Shown in pieces: positions 15,491 to 28,039 of a stretch of DNA of 64,000 nucleotides. Origin of the DNA: Eledone cirrhosa (lineage: Eukaryota); contig OZ024741.1 in NCBI GenBank assembly GCA_964016885.1, positions 334,986,001 through 335,050,000 on the forward strand, given 5' to 3'. Position 1 is the first letter of the stretch; every line of letters starts with the position of its first letter. The translations under genes and the position numbers were made by a program. The notes beneath the pieces were generated by a model. The model worked only from the letters and a program-made list of their open reading frames with translations, was not told where the DNA came from and ran no database searches.

Positions 15491-15770
15491 CTAGGACCCA
15501 TCGTTGCTGGTCACAACTTTTGCCACTGTAAATAAAGACCCAACGCCCTCTCTCATAAACAGGGCCGTCTTTGCCCCAGAACTCTGCTATTTTAGAGGAG
15601 AGAAAGCCCCATAACTCTGCTATTTTAGAGGAGAGAAAAATTTAAACTATATATTCACATGTTCCAGGAGCTAAATAACCTATGTATCAAATTTGAACAA
15701 AATCAGATGGAAACTATGGAAATGCATTGCCTGCATACAGATAGCCAGACATTTTCATTTATATATATAG
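15491..15770 (-). mobile_element. Helitron-like non-autonomous element
   Basis: Same architecture on the + strand: A|CTAG...ACAGAYA...TTTATATATATAG. It carries an internal 26-nt direct duplication (AACTCTGCTATTTTAGAGGAGAGAAA). Confidence 0.45.
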
Positions 15771-15987
15771 GCGTGTGGCTGAGTGGTTAGGGAAATGGAT
15801 TCGCAATCGTAAGGTTGGACCAGGTGATGCGTTATGTCCTTGAGCAAGACACTTTATTTCACGTTGCTCCTTCTACCTGGAGTTGCGATCGATAGATAGT
15901 ATTAGCAATTGGAAAGACCAACGGAAACATTGTTCCCTCGGTCCGATTTGACGAAAGTCGATCGTTCCTAAAAAAATATATATATAT

Positions 15988-16715
15988 CATCATCATCATC
16001 ATCATCACCGTTTTACGTCCGTTCTTCCACGCTAGCATGGGTTAGACGGGTTGTCCTGTTGTGGGCAGTGTCAGGTCGGCTGACCATGCCTTGCTCATAC
16101 AGGAACTGATTTGGCTTGATTTCTACAGCTGGATGCCCTTCCTAACACCAACCTCATTTACAGTGAGTGCTGGGTGCTTTTTCGTGGCACCTACACGTCC
16201 ACTTTACAGTGTGGGCTGGGTGCTTTTTTGCTGTGGCACCTCCACGACCACCTTGCGCTGGGGGTGTGGGGGCATATTGTCTATATGCTTCAGCTTGTAC
16301 CCATGGGAGGTCGGGTACTCTGTATTACTGCGTGACGCCAGAAGTCACGGTCGTGTGTCATTGTCTTTGAGAGGTGTAATTGGGTAAGGTCGGCTTTTAT
16401 CACCTCATCCCAGGTCATCTTGGGTCTCCCCACTCCGCGGTTTCCATCAACTTCTAGTGCTTTGCACCTTTTTATGCAGCTGTCATCCTTCATACGCATC
16501 ACATGTCCATACCAGCACAACCGCCTCTCCTGCACACAGCATTTGATTCCTCTTATGCTCAGTCTCTCTCTCAATTCATTTATGCTTTGTCGTTCACGTA
16601 TATTACTGTTACACATCCATCGGATCACGTAAGTCTTCCACCTTCACCGCCCAGGTCTCACTACCATGCAACATCGCTGTTCGGATACACGCATCATACA
16701 TCATACATCATATAT
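15988..16715 (-). mobile_element. RTE LINE 3' fragment with 3' UTR and (GAT)n tail
   Basis: ORF 16290-16628 (RRLCWYGHVMRM...GRPKMTWDEV) is homologous to the C-termini at 14885-15085 and 33900-34267. Confidence 0.88.
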
Positions 16716-16738
16716 ATATATATATGTATATATACATT

Positions 16739-16772
<34 letters not shown>

Positions 16773-16809
16773 AATGTATATATATATTTTATATATATAT
16801 ATAAAATAT

Positions 16810-16904
16810 AGAAATGGCTTCTTCAGGACTAGAACTGTTTCATTTGGGAAAAATCATCAGGGCTTCCTGAATGAAACAGCTCTAGTCCTGTAGAAGCCAT
16901 TTCT
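16810..16904. repeat. Short palindromic element with hammerhead core boxes
   Basis: GAAATGGCTTCTTCAGGACTAGAACTGTTTCAT / ATGAAACAGCTCTAGTCCTGTAGAAGCCATTTC. Same family as 50321-50478. Confidence 0.8.
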
Positions 16905-18204
16905 TTATTATATATTTATACTCTTGAGTACTTTACTTTCTGTGGTTACCCCCGATTGAACCTGGGATAAACTTATATATATATATATATATGTTTCCTT
17001 CCAAGGAAGATGGTGAGATGGATCTAGGATAATGAAACTAGAAATAGGTGTTGACATAACCAGTACCTGTTAGTCAATATATCGATTTACCATGATCAAT
17101 CAACTTTCTGAAACGATCGTAAAACAATGAATTAATTAAGAACTTATCTTTGACTTTTATTTTCATCGTTCTCTGTTCAAGACACACATACACACACACA
17201 TATATGTATGTGTGTATACATATTTCAATTGATAAACAAATATATATATATATGTACACACATATGTGTGTATGTGTATACATATAGTGTCTGTATACAT
17301 AGATAAACTTCTTTTTATGGGCATATTCTAGATTCTTCTTTCTTTCTTTTTTTATTATGATATACACTTTTTATAATAACACTAATTAATTCTTAATTAA
17401 TTATAGAGCACTTTCTGTGAAAACTACTTCAGTTAGAGAAATTAAGAATTGCCCTGTGAAATACATGTACACATAATTTTCTTTCTCTCTCACAAAAACA
17501 CACACACACACACACATATATCAACACATACTTACAGGGAAGGAGAGTGTGTATGTGTGTGGAGAGGTTGTACCTATATAATTTTGTATATATATATATA
17601 TATTTGTAGGCTTACAAGAATTTGTTATTATTTATGTTTGTGTATGTATATATATATATATATACATACATGCATACTTCCCCCCCCCCACCATATATAT
17701 ATATATGTGTGGAATATGGACGTTAAATGATGATGATGATGATGATGATAAGGTGCGTGGTGAAATGGCAGAGTCATTAACATGTTGAATCAACTGCTTT
17801 GAAGTATTTGTTTCGACTCTCAACTCTCTGAGTTCAACTCCTGCCAAGATCAACCATTAGAGATTGATAAAAATACATACCAGTTAAGTACTGGGGTCAA
17901 TTCTTCCTCTATATCTCTTTCTCACTTACTCTCTCTTACTCTGTATGCTCCTCTGGAAGAAATATGCTGCACTCAGGCCTTAAGAGAAGATGGGCTCTAC
18001 CAGACTTAAAATACAAGGACCCAAATTCTGTGTATATAGGTAGGGGCACACTGTATTTACTGTGTGCCCCTACCAGTGCATCAGAAGTTACAGGACCATA
18101 CATGCCATCAGCCCCAATCCCAGTAACTATTTTTGCTCTGGTCTACCAAGCCCATTCATATGTAATTGGTCAACCTGAAATTATTAGAAGATATTTGCAT
18201 ATAG

Positions 18205-18420
18205 AAGGCATAAACTCTATAAGGATAGTATGGAAGAACTTTAGGGAGCTACTCCCACTTTTGACAACAAAAGGTTTCTCACTACATACACAAGGACAGT
18301 ATAAGGTGTCAGTGCAAAGTGCAAAGCTGGATGTTAGTGAAATATGGGCAGAGGATATGCATAGGCTAGAGAGATGCTGTGCTGAGAAGGACCTGTCCAA
18401 CCCATTCACATCGTTGAGGC
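18205..18420 (+). mobile_element. Old RTE fragment
   Basis: Translates to RIVWKNFRELLPLLTTKGFSL...SEIWAEDMHRLER, matching the RTE C-terminal region. Confidence 0.7.
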
Positions 18421-18484
18421 CATCATTACCATTGTCATCATCAGCATGATGATCATCATCATTCTGATCGTCTTTGTTATCCGT

Positions 18485-18905
18485 TACCTCCTCCTCATCA
18501 TCATCATCATAATCGTCATCATCATCTTATTCTCTTGAATATTGTCATCATCATCATCATCATCATCATCAACAGTCATCATCATAATAATCACCATCAC
18601 CTTCATCATCATCATCACTGTCATAATCATCATCATCATAATCATCATAATCACCATCACTGTCATCATCATCATCATAATCATCATCATCACCATCATA
18701 ATCATCATCATCATCACCATCACTGTCAGCATCACCATCATAATCATCATCACCATCATAATCATCATCATCACCATCACTGTCAGCATCACCATCATAA
18801 TCATCATCACCATCATAATCATCATCATCACCATCATAATCATCATCATCACCATCACCATCACTGTCATCATCATAATCATCATCATCACCATCACCAT
18901 TACAT
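18485..18905. repeat. (CAT)n-derived compound microsatellite with higher-order units
   Basis: Recurring CATCACTGTCAGCATCACCATCATAAT units. Confidence 0.9.
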
Positions 18906-19633
18906 TAATCACATTCTTATCAATGACATTGTTGTCACTTTATTTATTTATTTATTTATTCAATCATTTTTACAATTTCCTTTTTCCATGTGACTCCTGA
19001 CCTACCTGTTATTGGTTGAAGAAGTGTACATACATGTGTATATATAGAGAGATATATATATAGAGAGATATATACAAGCACATATACACATTGCTATGAC
19101 TGACAAGAAAGAAAAGACACATTTGAAAGAGAGAGAGACACACACAGAGGTATATATATATATAGAGAGAGAGAGAGATACATATATTTATATGCAATAG
19201 CCTTTATATCAATCTCTCTCTCTCTATATATTTATATATATTTATACTGAGTATATATATATATATTTATACTGAGTATATATTTATATATATTTATACT
19301 GAGTATATATATATATATTTATACTGAGTATATATATATATATATTTATACTGAGTATATATATATATATTTATACTGAGGATATATATTTATATATATA
19401 TATACTCAGTTTACTCAGCTGTAGAAATGCGATGATAGGGACTGGGGTTCCTATCATTCCACTGTAAAGTGGTCGTGGAGGTGCCACGGCAAAAAAGCAC
19501 CCAGCACTCACTGTAAATGAGGTTGGTGTTAGGAAGGGCATCCAGCTGTAGAAATCAAGCCAGAATCAGTTCCCGTCCCACCCTTGCAAGCAGGGAAAAG
19601 TGGACGTAAAATGAAATGAAAATGAAAATATAT

Positions 19634-19754
19634 ATAGGAAAAAGTATGACCCCGACGGCAGAGCTCAAGCCGTCTCGACGGCTATTTCTGGACGAGTCCA
19701 GAAATACCCATCGAAACGACTTGAGCTCTGCCGTCGGGGTCATACTTTTCCTAT
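19634..19754. repeat. Short palindromic element
   Basis: GGAAAAAGTATGACCCCGACGGCAGAGCTCAAG...CTTGAGCTCTGCCGTCGGGGTCATACTTTTCC. Related sequences occur at 7050-7170, 9750-9795 and 51812-51950. Confidence 0.85.
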
Positions 19755-19896
19755 TTCCCACTCTACTACCCTAAGTATTGAGTACTCTGGTGCGTTATGG
19801 TCCATCTGGTTCCACAATTCCTTTGTTATATGTATATATATATATTTAGCGACAGAGAGAGATACATATATTCATATGTAATATCTTTTATATCAA

Positions 19897-19956
<60 letters not shown>

Positions 19957-20257
19957 AAGTGTGTTTATGTCATTGTTTCTCTGTCAATATTTCTCTCTCT
20001 CTCTTTCCATTTTTTCATTACCATACTCTCTCACTCTGTCTCTTCATCTAGTCTATCTCTTGGCTCCTATTCCCCACCACCACATTCACCACAATCACTA
20101 CCAACACAAGCATTACCTCCACCACCTTCAGCAGCACCACCACAACCCCCATCACCAACACCACCATTACCACCAAAACCACCACAACCATCACCACCAA
20201 ACCCACAGCCACCACCATCACCACCACATCCATTGAACCAAACCATCAGACCAAGCT

Positions 20258-20333
<76 letters not shown>

Positions 20334-20336
20334 GTA

Positions 20337-20499
20337 CAACAACAACATGACCAGCACCAGCAGCACATAACAGCAGCAGCAGTAACAACAGCAGCAGCAG
20401 CAGCAGCAGCTGCAGTTACAATACAACTCTACAGCAGTATGCATATCTTTCTCTCTAAAAACACATTGGAAAGGGAATTATAGCAAGATTTCGGTGAGT
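20337..20499 (+). other. Candidate non-coding 5' exon with splice donor
   Basis: A (CAG)n-rich, non-TE segment ending in TCG|GTGAGT (GT at 20494-20495). Confidence 0.35.
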
Positions 20500-20811
20500 A
20501 AAACTGGTTTAACATTACTTTTCTTGTGAAGACTTTCTTATAGAATTTTGAAAGGTTTTTCTTCTAAATTATATGTAATAAACAAAACAACATGTAAACA
20601 ATTAAACGAATATACTTTAGTTCCTGGATGTTTTTGTTCAAACTGCAGTTTGTTGATATATTTGATAGGTTGGGAGGAGAGTTTGTTTGCAAAGATTTTC
20701 TTCTAAACTTCTAACTCTGTATATATGTGTGCGTATGCAGACACATATATGTGTGTGTGTGTATATATGTATACATAGTCATAACTTTATAATTATATAC
20801 ATATGTATGTA

Positions 20812-20842
<31 letters not shown>

Positions 20843-20962
20843 GCAGGGTGTTTCAAAAAATGTATACACACTTTGATTACCTGTACAGGCAATATCTATT
20901 ACAATGCTGTTGAAGTGTGTATACATTTTTGGGAGACACCCTGTATATATATACCTACGTAT

Positions 20963-21010
<48 letters not shown>

Positions 21011-21641
21011 GTATATATATATGTGTGTGTTAGATATGTGTGTGTGTGTGTGAGTCCCAACTAAATGACTATAATAAAAGTCAATTACTATGAATAATAA
21101 AGAAAATTATACAAAACACCTCAGGGGACTGCAAAAAGTTGACAGACTCGTCAGATGTAGGTGTCTTGCAAGGGACTCTGGGCACCTGTTTTTCTATTTC
21201 TAGGTGTACGTTACTAAATTTTCTCAACTTCTATCTATAGTGATCAACTATTATTATAGTCATTTGAGTTTGGATGCACATATTTATAATTTTCACAGTG
21301 CATCTAGTGCTTCTTAATTAGCTGATTTCTTTATATGTATGTATATACACATATAAATTTATGTGTATGTGTGTATATATACACACACAAATGCAGATAG
21401 AGGGGGTTAAGATATTACCAGTTTAAGCTAAGACCATGTTCAGCTAAGGACTCAATGCTTGGGAAAGTAGAGTGTATATATTGAAATAGTTATCAAGTTA
21501 TCATCATCATCGTTTTTACATCTGCTTTTCCATGTGTGCATGGTTGGACAGATAGTTATATATATATATATCATAAATTTAAATCAGAATGAAATTATTT
21601 CAATCATATTACACAATGTATACATATATATATATATATAT

Positions 21642-22017
21642 CATCATCATTTTACGTCCGCTTTTCCCTGCTTGCAAGGGTGGGATGGGAACTGATTCTG
21701 GCTTGATTTCTACAGCTGGATGTCTTTCCTAACACCAACCTCATTTAAAATGAGTGCTGGGTACTTTTTTTCCGTGGCGCCTACATGACCACTTTACAAT
21801 ATAGGCTGGGTGTTTTTTTTCCGTGGCGCCTACATGACCACTTTGCAGTGGAATGATAGGGACCCCAGTCCCTATCATCTCATTTCTACAGCTGAGTAAA
21901 CTGGAGCTATGTGAAATAAAGTGTCTTGCTCAAGGAAACAACACATCACCCGGTCTGAGAATTGAACTCACAACCTTTCGATTGCAAGGCCAATGCTCTA
22001 ACCACTAAGCCATATGC
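21642..22017 (-). mobile_element. SINE family B (tRNA head, CCTTGAGCAAGACACTT central domain, RTE-derived tail), full copy
   Basis: Minus strand: GGCTTAGTGGTTAGAGCA (box A), GAGTTCAATTC (box B), and a tail shared with RTE 3' UTRs ending in (GAT)n. Confidence 0.87.
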
Positions 22018-22744
22018 ATTTCCGTAGAAGAGGTAAAGGAAAGAAGAGTGTTCTATGTATAGTACAGAGCTAATTAATTAGTATATATATATATATATAT
22101 ATGCAGGGTCCCCCCAAATTGTATACACACGTCAACAACATTCTAATAAATATTGCCTGCAAAGTGTGTATAAATGTTTGGGGACACCCTATATATAGAG
22201 AGAGATTAAACGAGTGTATTAAGTTTAAGAATCAAACTAACTACTTCATGTTATATGTATTACTAATAAATTTTAATTTGTGTGTTTAGTCTTCTAAAGT
22301 TTTAACCTTTTGCCGAATATATGTGAAGTTGTTTACAGTTTCGAATTTTTTTGTGTTTGGAGAAATTCTGACATGTAGTTGATAATAAACTATCTTTTTT
22401 GTATTATTACGCTGCTTTATGGTCTGAGTTCAAATCCCGCCGAGGTTAACTTTGCCTTTCATCCTTACGGGGTCGAAAAATAAAGTACCAGTAATGTACT
22501 GGGATATTTGCTGGCCTTGTACCAAAAGTAGAAACAATTATTTAATGATTCTGAAGAATTCAATACAGAGGAATAGAATGCTACTTCTATCTGCATTGGA
22601 AAGAAACGTGTGTAAATGATTTAAATAATGTATTGAACCTTGGTTATTTATTTATTTATTTTATATATATATATATGTGTGTATATATATATGTGTATAT
22701 ATATGTGTGTATATATATATGTGTGTCTGTGTATATATGTGTGT

Positions 22745-22778
<34 letters not shown>

Positions 22779-22895
22779 ATATGTATATGTATATGTATAT
22801 GTATATATATATGTATATGTGTATATATATATGTATATGTGTATATATATATATGTATATGTGTATATATGTATATATGTATGTGTGTGTATATG

Positions 22896-22930
<35 letters not shown>

Positions 22931-22941
22931 TTATGTATATG

Positions 22942-22982
<41 letters not shown>

Positions 22983-22983
22983 G

Positions 22984-23015
<32 letters not shown>

Positions 23016-23087
23016 TATACATATACATAAATATATATACATACATATATATATATACAGTCACATACATATATGTATATACATATA

Positions 23088-23165
<78 letters not shown>

Positions 23166-23449
23166 TACATATATGTGTATGTGTGTACAGCTATATTTTC
23201 TGAAGATGGCACATAATGAATGCATCATTTCTTTCTTTTCCTTAACCATTTTTACTTTCTCAAAAATGTTGTTAACTCTCTAACTGTTGAGATAATCACA
23301 ACCACCTGAACAGTCTCTTTCTTGTGACCAGATAACAAAGGAACAGCCTTGTCTTCCTCAATATCGATATCTCTACTTAGTAGTTTATTTATACATCTAT
23401 TTATTTAATCTATAGTGAAAAATCTATCTAGTACTCCTTATATTTGTTA

Positions 23450-23670
23450 TATGGCCAAAAGCCAACAGAGAGGAAACCCAGGTAGATTCTGAGCAAGGTG
23501 TTTAGATAGCATCCATAAGCATGGCTGGTCTCACTTGCGGTTATAGCCAGATCAAATGGAGATAGTCGCATCTGACAGGACCCACTGGAAAGTGTGCTTG
23601 GGGACTCTGCCTCCCTCAGCCATGGCCCTCACAGGAATAAGTGGCCGAAGAAGAAGGGGAAGGGGAAGAA
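23450..23670 (+). mobile_element. Decayed LINE 3' end (paralog at 54370-54580)
   Basis: Similar to 54370-54580. Remnant translation resembles GRP..RWLD.I...VASDR..W of RTE-type C-termini. Confidence 0.5.
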
Positions 23671-23978
23671 GTCCACAACCACCATGTCTACTAAATTTTA
23701 ATTAAGAAACAAAAAATATGAAAGCAACAGAGAGAGAATAAAAGTTGGGTCAAAATAAGGAAAATTAGCAAAACAAGAACAGATGTAGAGCAGTTAAATG
23801 TTTCTGTTGTTGAATTTGTTCAAAGTGTTTCATTAACTTTCATCAATGTTGAAAAACTAGATGAAATAGAAGGAAAAGATGTAAAGACTAACTCGGAGGG
23901 CAATAATCTGAAAACAAACTCTACATCTGTATGTGTGTATGGTAAGAGGTGTATTGTGATAGGTAAATTATTGAGAGC

Positions 23979-24056
<78 letters not shown>

Positions 24057-24122
24057 ATATGTGTGTGTGTGTGTGTATGTATGTATATATATATATATGT
24101 TTGTATGTATATGTATGTATGT

Positions 24123-24163
<41 letters not shown>

Positions 24164-24541
24164 TGTATGCATATATATATGCATATATATATGTATGTAT
24201 GTATATATATGCATATATATATGTATGCACATATATATGCATATATATGCATATATATATGTATGTATATATATATATATGTATATATATATGTGTGTGT
24301 ATATATATATATATATAAATATAAGTATGTATTCGTACATACATATATGTATACAGACGTACAGTAGTATGTATATATATATATATATATACATACATGC
24401 ACACACATATATATATGTACGTATGGGTTTACCGAACATTTATAATAATGTTCGGTTTGTTTGTAAACAAACAGCCTGAATTAAGCCGTACAGTGTTTGG
24501 CAACCATCGTTGTCATTTTGTTCAACACTGACAAAGGAACG

Positions 24542-24578
24542 ATGAACTAGTTTCTAGCTTATTAGCTGTCATCAGCAC
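24542..24578 (-). ncRNA. Minimal type I hammerhead ribozyme
   Basis: Minus strand: GTG-CTGATGA-cAGCT(aata)AGCTa-GAA-ACTAGT-T-CAT, with a GUU triplet, a 3-bp stem I and a mismatched base of stem II. Confidence 0.7.
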
Positions 24579-24712
24579 CGTACAGCACTGTACGGAACAC
24601 TGTACTGGTTGCATCTCAGCGTACTCAATAGGTAATGTTATGTAAACTCCCCAAGTAGACACATATTTATTCACTTCAATACAACACACATACATGGGTA
24701 CGTTCAATGCTT

Positions 24713-24803
24713 ACCCGTCCTCGAGTTTCAGCCACACAGCATTTACTGCCTGCATTTATTATGCAACAATGCACAATCAGCACATGTGGCTTCATCAGCG
24801 AGT
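24713..24803 (-). ncRNA. Hammerhead ribozyme, probably inactivated (U16.1 to G)
   Basis: Minus strand: ACTCG-CTGATGA-AGCCACA...TGTGGCT-GAA-ACTCGAG-GA-CGGGT. It is homologous to the 38716 motif, but the triplet is GGA. Confidence 0.68.
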
Positions 24804-25186
24804 TTCGCCTAATAAATGACCAATCGATCAACAGAATTCGAATCTAGTCTGTGTCAGCTATGACTGTATGTGACGGCCAACACAGTAAAACATTAGCAAC
24901 TGAAATCCCTACATGTCATCACAATGCTGTCCACCGATAGGCTACCAATTCAGAAATGTACATGATGAAAGGAGACAAAATTCAAATAGTTCCGCTCCCG
25001 CCATAAGCACTCAGCCAATGTATCTCAAACACAAATTAACAAGCAAGTTAAAAATGGGTTATTAGAAAAAAATCAGTCTCCAATGGCTGTACAATAGAAT
25101 GTTAGTATTCGGCTTCAGTCTCCAAGTCCCAATGTGAGAAATAGTGTGACATTAACAATGGTAGTGCTTAAAACCTTTCCGGACAT

Positions 25187-25247
<61 letters not shown>

Positions 25248-26176
25248 TTATAAGGAAAAGAATTTGAAATTGCAACTGGAATCTTATAAGAATATTTATC
25301 TATTTACTTTACCGGTTTCACAGCTCTTTTGATTTTCAAAAGTAAAATTGAGATGGAGGGTTTGTGTTTCTGTTGTGGTTTGTCTCGCTATATATAGCTA
25401 ACCCATGCAAGTGTGGAAAAATGGACATAAAAACGATGATGATGATGATGATGATGATATGTATGTATATATACATATATATATATATATACACATATAT
25501 ATTTGTTTGTCTAGGTGTGTCTATGTATGTGCACTCATATGCATATTCATATGTAAGCAATATATATATATATTTATGCAGCCCATGCAAGCGTGGAAAA
25601 GCGGACATGAAAAACAATGATGATGTTATATATATACGTACACATATATATGTGCATTATAGAAGTGCACTTGTATATTCAAATCTATATGTACATAAGC
25701 ACACACACACATGCATACACCTACATATATGCATATGCACAAACATAAACACACAACACCTACACATACATATATACACATACATTTACACAGACATACT
25801 TATAGATAACAGAGATGTGTAAAGAGGAGGTGAAAGTAATCACTAAGAGTAAAAGTTTTTTGCATTGATGGAAAATTTTTTCACTTCAAATTTGATTTCA
25901 AAGGAGAGAGATTGCAAACTTTACATGTTTTGATGAAGTGGTTTCCATCATGGTTTTTTAATATATATATATATTTTAAGGGGTCTGATAAAACTAGCAC
26001 ATAAACACACAGACACAGACACAGACGCACACACACACACACACACACGCACACACAAACACACATATATATATATGTGTGTGAATGCATATATATATAT
26101 ATACATACAAACATATATACAGATACACTCCCACATACATACATACACACACACGCATACATACATATATATATAT

Positions 26177-26212
<36 letters not shown>

Positions 26213-27145
26213 CTATGCACACATAATTTTTACCTCTATATGCATATTATAATTCTTATCACTATATCCATACTTATATACTTATGTACATATGTATATA
26301 AAGTCGTATCTATACACACATAGATACATACCTACATACATACACACACACACACATACATACACACACACATAGATACACACACATACATACATACACA
26401 CACACACATATGCATACCTACCTACCTACCTACATATATATACACGCATACACACACACACATACATACACACACATAGATACACACACATACATACACA
26501 CACACATATGCATACATACCTACCTACCTACCTACATACATACATGCATACACAGATACACACACATACACACACACATATACATACATACCTACCTACA
26601 TACATACATGCATACACAGATACACACACATACATACACACATATATGCATACATACCTACCTACCTATATACATATATACATGCATACAAGCATACACA
26701 CACATACATACACACATATATGCATACCTACTTACCTACATACATATATACATGCATACACAGATACACACACATACATACACACATATATGCATACCTA
26801 CCTACCTACCCACATACATATATACATGCATACAAGCATACACATACATACATGACATTAACTTAGATAAGAGCCTCAATTATATGGAAGTTTTATGATT
26901 TCTCTTGCTATTAGAAATATTAAAATTGTTGTTGTTATTGTTGCTATTGATGTTGTTGTTGTTGTTGTCCAAATACTATTGATGTTATATATGTTGTTGT
27001 TGTCCACACACTATTGATATCATCATCATCATCATCATCATTGTTTAACATCTATCTTCCACGCTAGCATAGGTTTAGACGGGAATTGTCCCACTTGAGG
27101 CAAGAATGGTTGGGAGACCATGTCTCGCTCGTATAGGACTGATAT

Positions 27146-27327
27146 TTGGCAGTATCGGTAGAGGGTCGGACGCCATGCTTTGACGCATAGAGTTACGGCC
27201 CTTGCCATTCTCAGTTCAAATCCCGCCGAGGTTAACTTTGCCTTTCATCTTTACGGGGTCGATAAAATAAAGTACCAGTAATGCACTGGGTAATTGCTGG
27301 CCTTGTGCCAAAAGTAGAAACAATTAT
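27146..27327 (+). mobile_element. SINE family A
   Basis: Matches the 39088 consensus. Confidence 0.87.
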
Positions 27328-27732
27328 ATATATATATATATATCATCATCATTATCATCATCATTTTACTATGTGTGTCGTTGTTGTCATTGTCCACATG
27401 CTGTTGATAGTCAGCTTCAATATAAAGTCCAGATGATAAAGAACAAGAACTACCTGATTATTTTGGGGTTTGCTTCAACAGATTTCTTGTGTTCAAATAC
27501 CACGTCCACCAGCAAGATGTAGTTTTTATTTTCATTTTCTTCATAATTTACTTCTTTTATATCTATAGAGTAGTATATCTATGGGGGTAGTAATAATATA
27601 CTAGCTGAGCTTATTGGTATCAGTGTGTGTGTTTATACCTATCTATCTATCTATTTAACACACTCTCCCCATATATATATATATACATATATATAAAAGA
27701 AGAAATTAAAAGATGGTTAAAGAAGTTCCATA

Positions 27733-27802
27733 TATTTTATTATGCACATTTCGAAAACAACATCATCCTGGGACAAAAATTGTGTTCTCATCAGATAAAA
27801 TA
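27733..27802 (-). ncRNA. Type I hammerhead ribozyme, intact core
   Basis: Minus strand: TATTTTAT-CTGATGA-GAACACAA...TTGTTTTC-GAA-ATGTGCAT-A-ATAAAATA. It has an 8-bp stem I, a G-C closed stem II, a near-palindromic stem III and an AUA triplet. Confidence 0.82.
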
Positions 27803-28039
27803 AGGTAACATGATATGAGGCCTAAAAACACATGTCAACAAGAAAGTGTCCAGTCTACATATATACTCCAGTTCTACCAATTTTTGAGTGCTACTTATCT
27901 GATATATGCATAGTTTTATTGTTCTACATTATTACTCACCTTCTACATATACATATATATACTTAGGGTAAACATTGATGCAATTCAATTCAAGCACTCA
28001 ACGTACTTATTCCACAGAGGAGTGATGAAGTAATTATCG

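Noticed and set aside
17964-18449. 161-aa ORF
   Set aside because: Chimeric read-through of an old SINE tail, unique sequence and an RTE fragment.
18484-19000. Poly-His/Met/Ile ORFs (also 7490-7940, 37469-38191, 43670-44072)
   Set aside because: Trinucleotide tracts open in several frames on both strands, with no domain or exon context.
21940-22017. tRNA-like sequence (also 46090-46145 and 12979-13050)
   Set aside because: Box A and box B are present but the acceptor and anticodon stems do not pair, and the sequence continues into the SINE body. These are SINE heads, not tRNA genes.
22633-23283. Long YI/CV/HT-repeat ORFs (also at 23820-24479, 44765-46328, 48491-49373 and elsewhere)
   Set aside because: These are translations of (TA)n, (TG)n and (CA)n microsatellites that lack stops. 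They are not genes.
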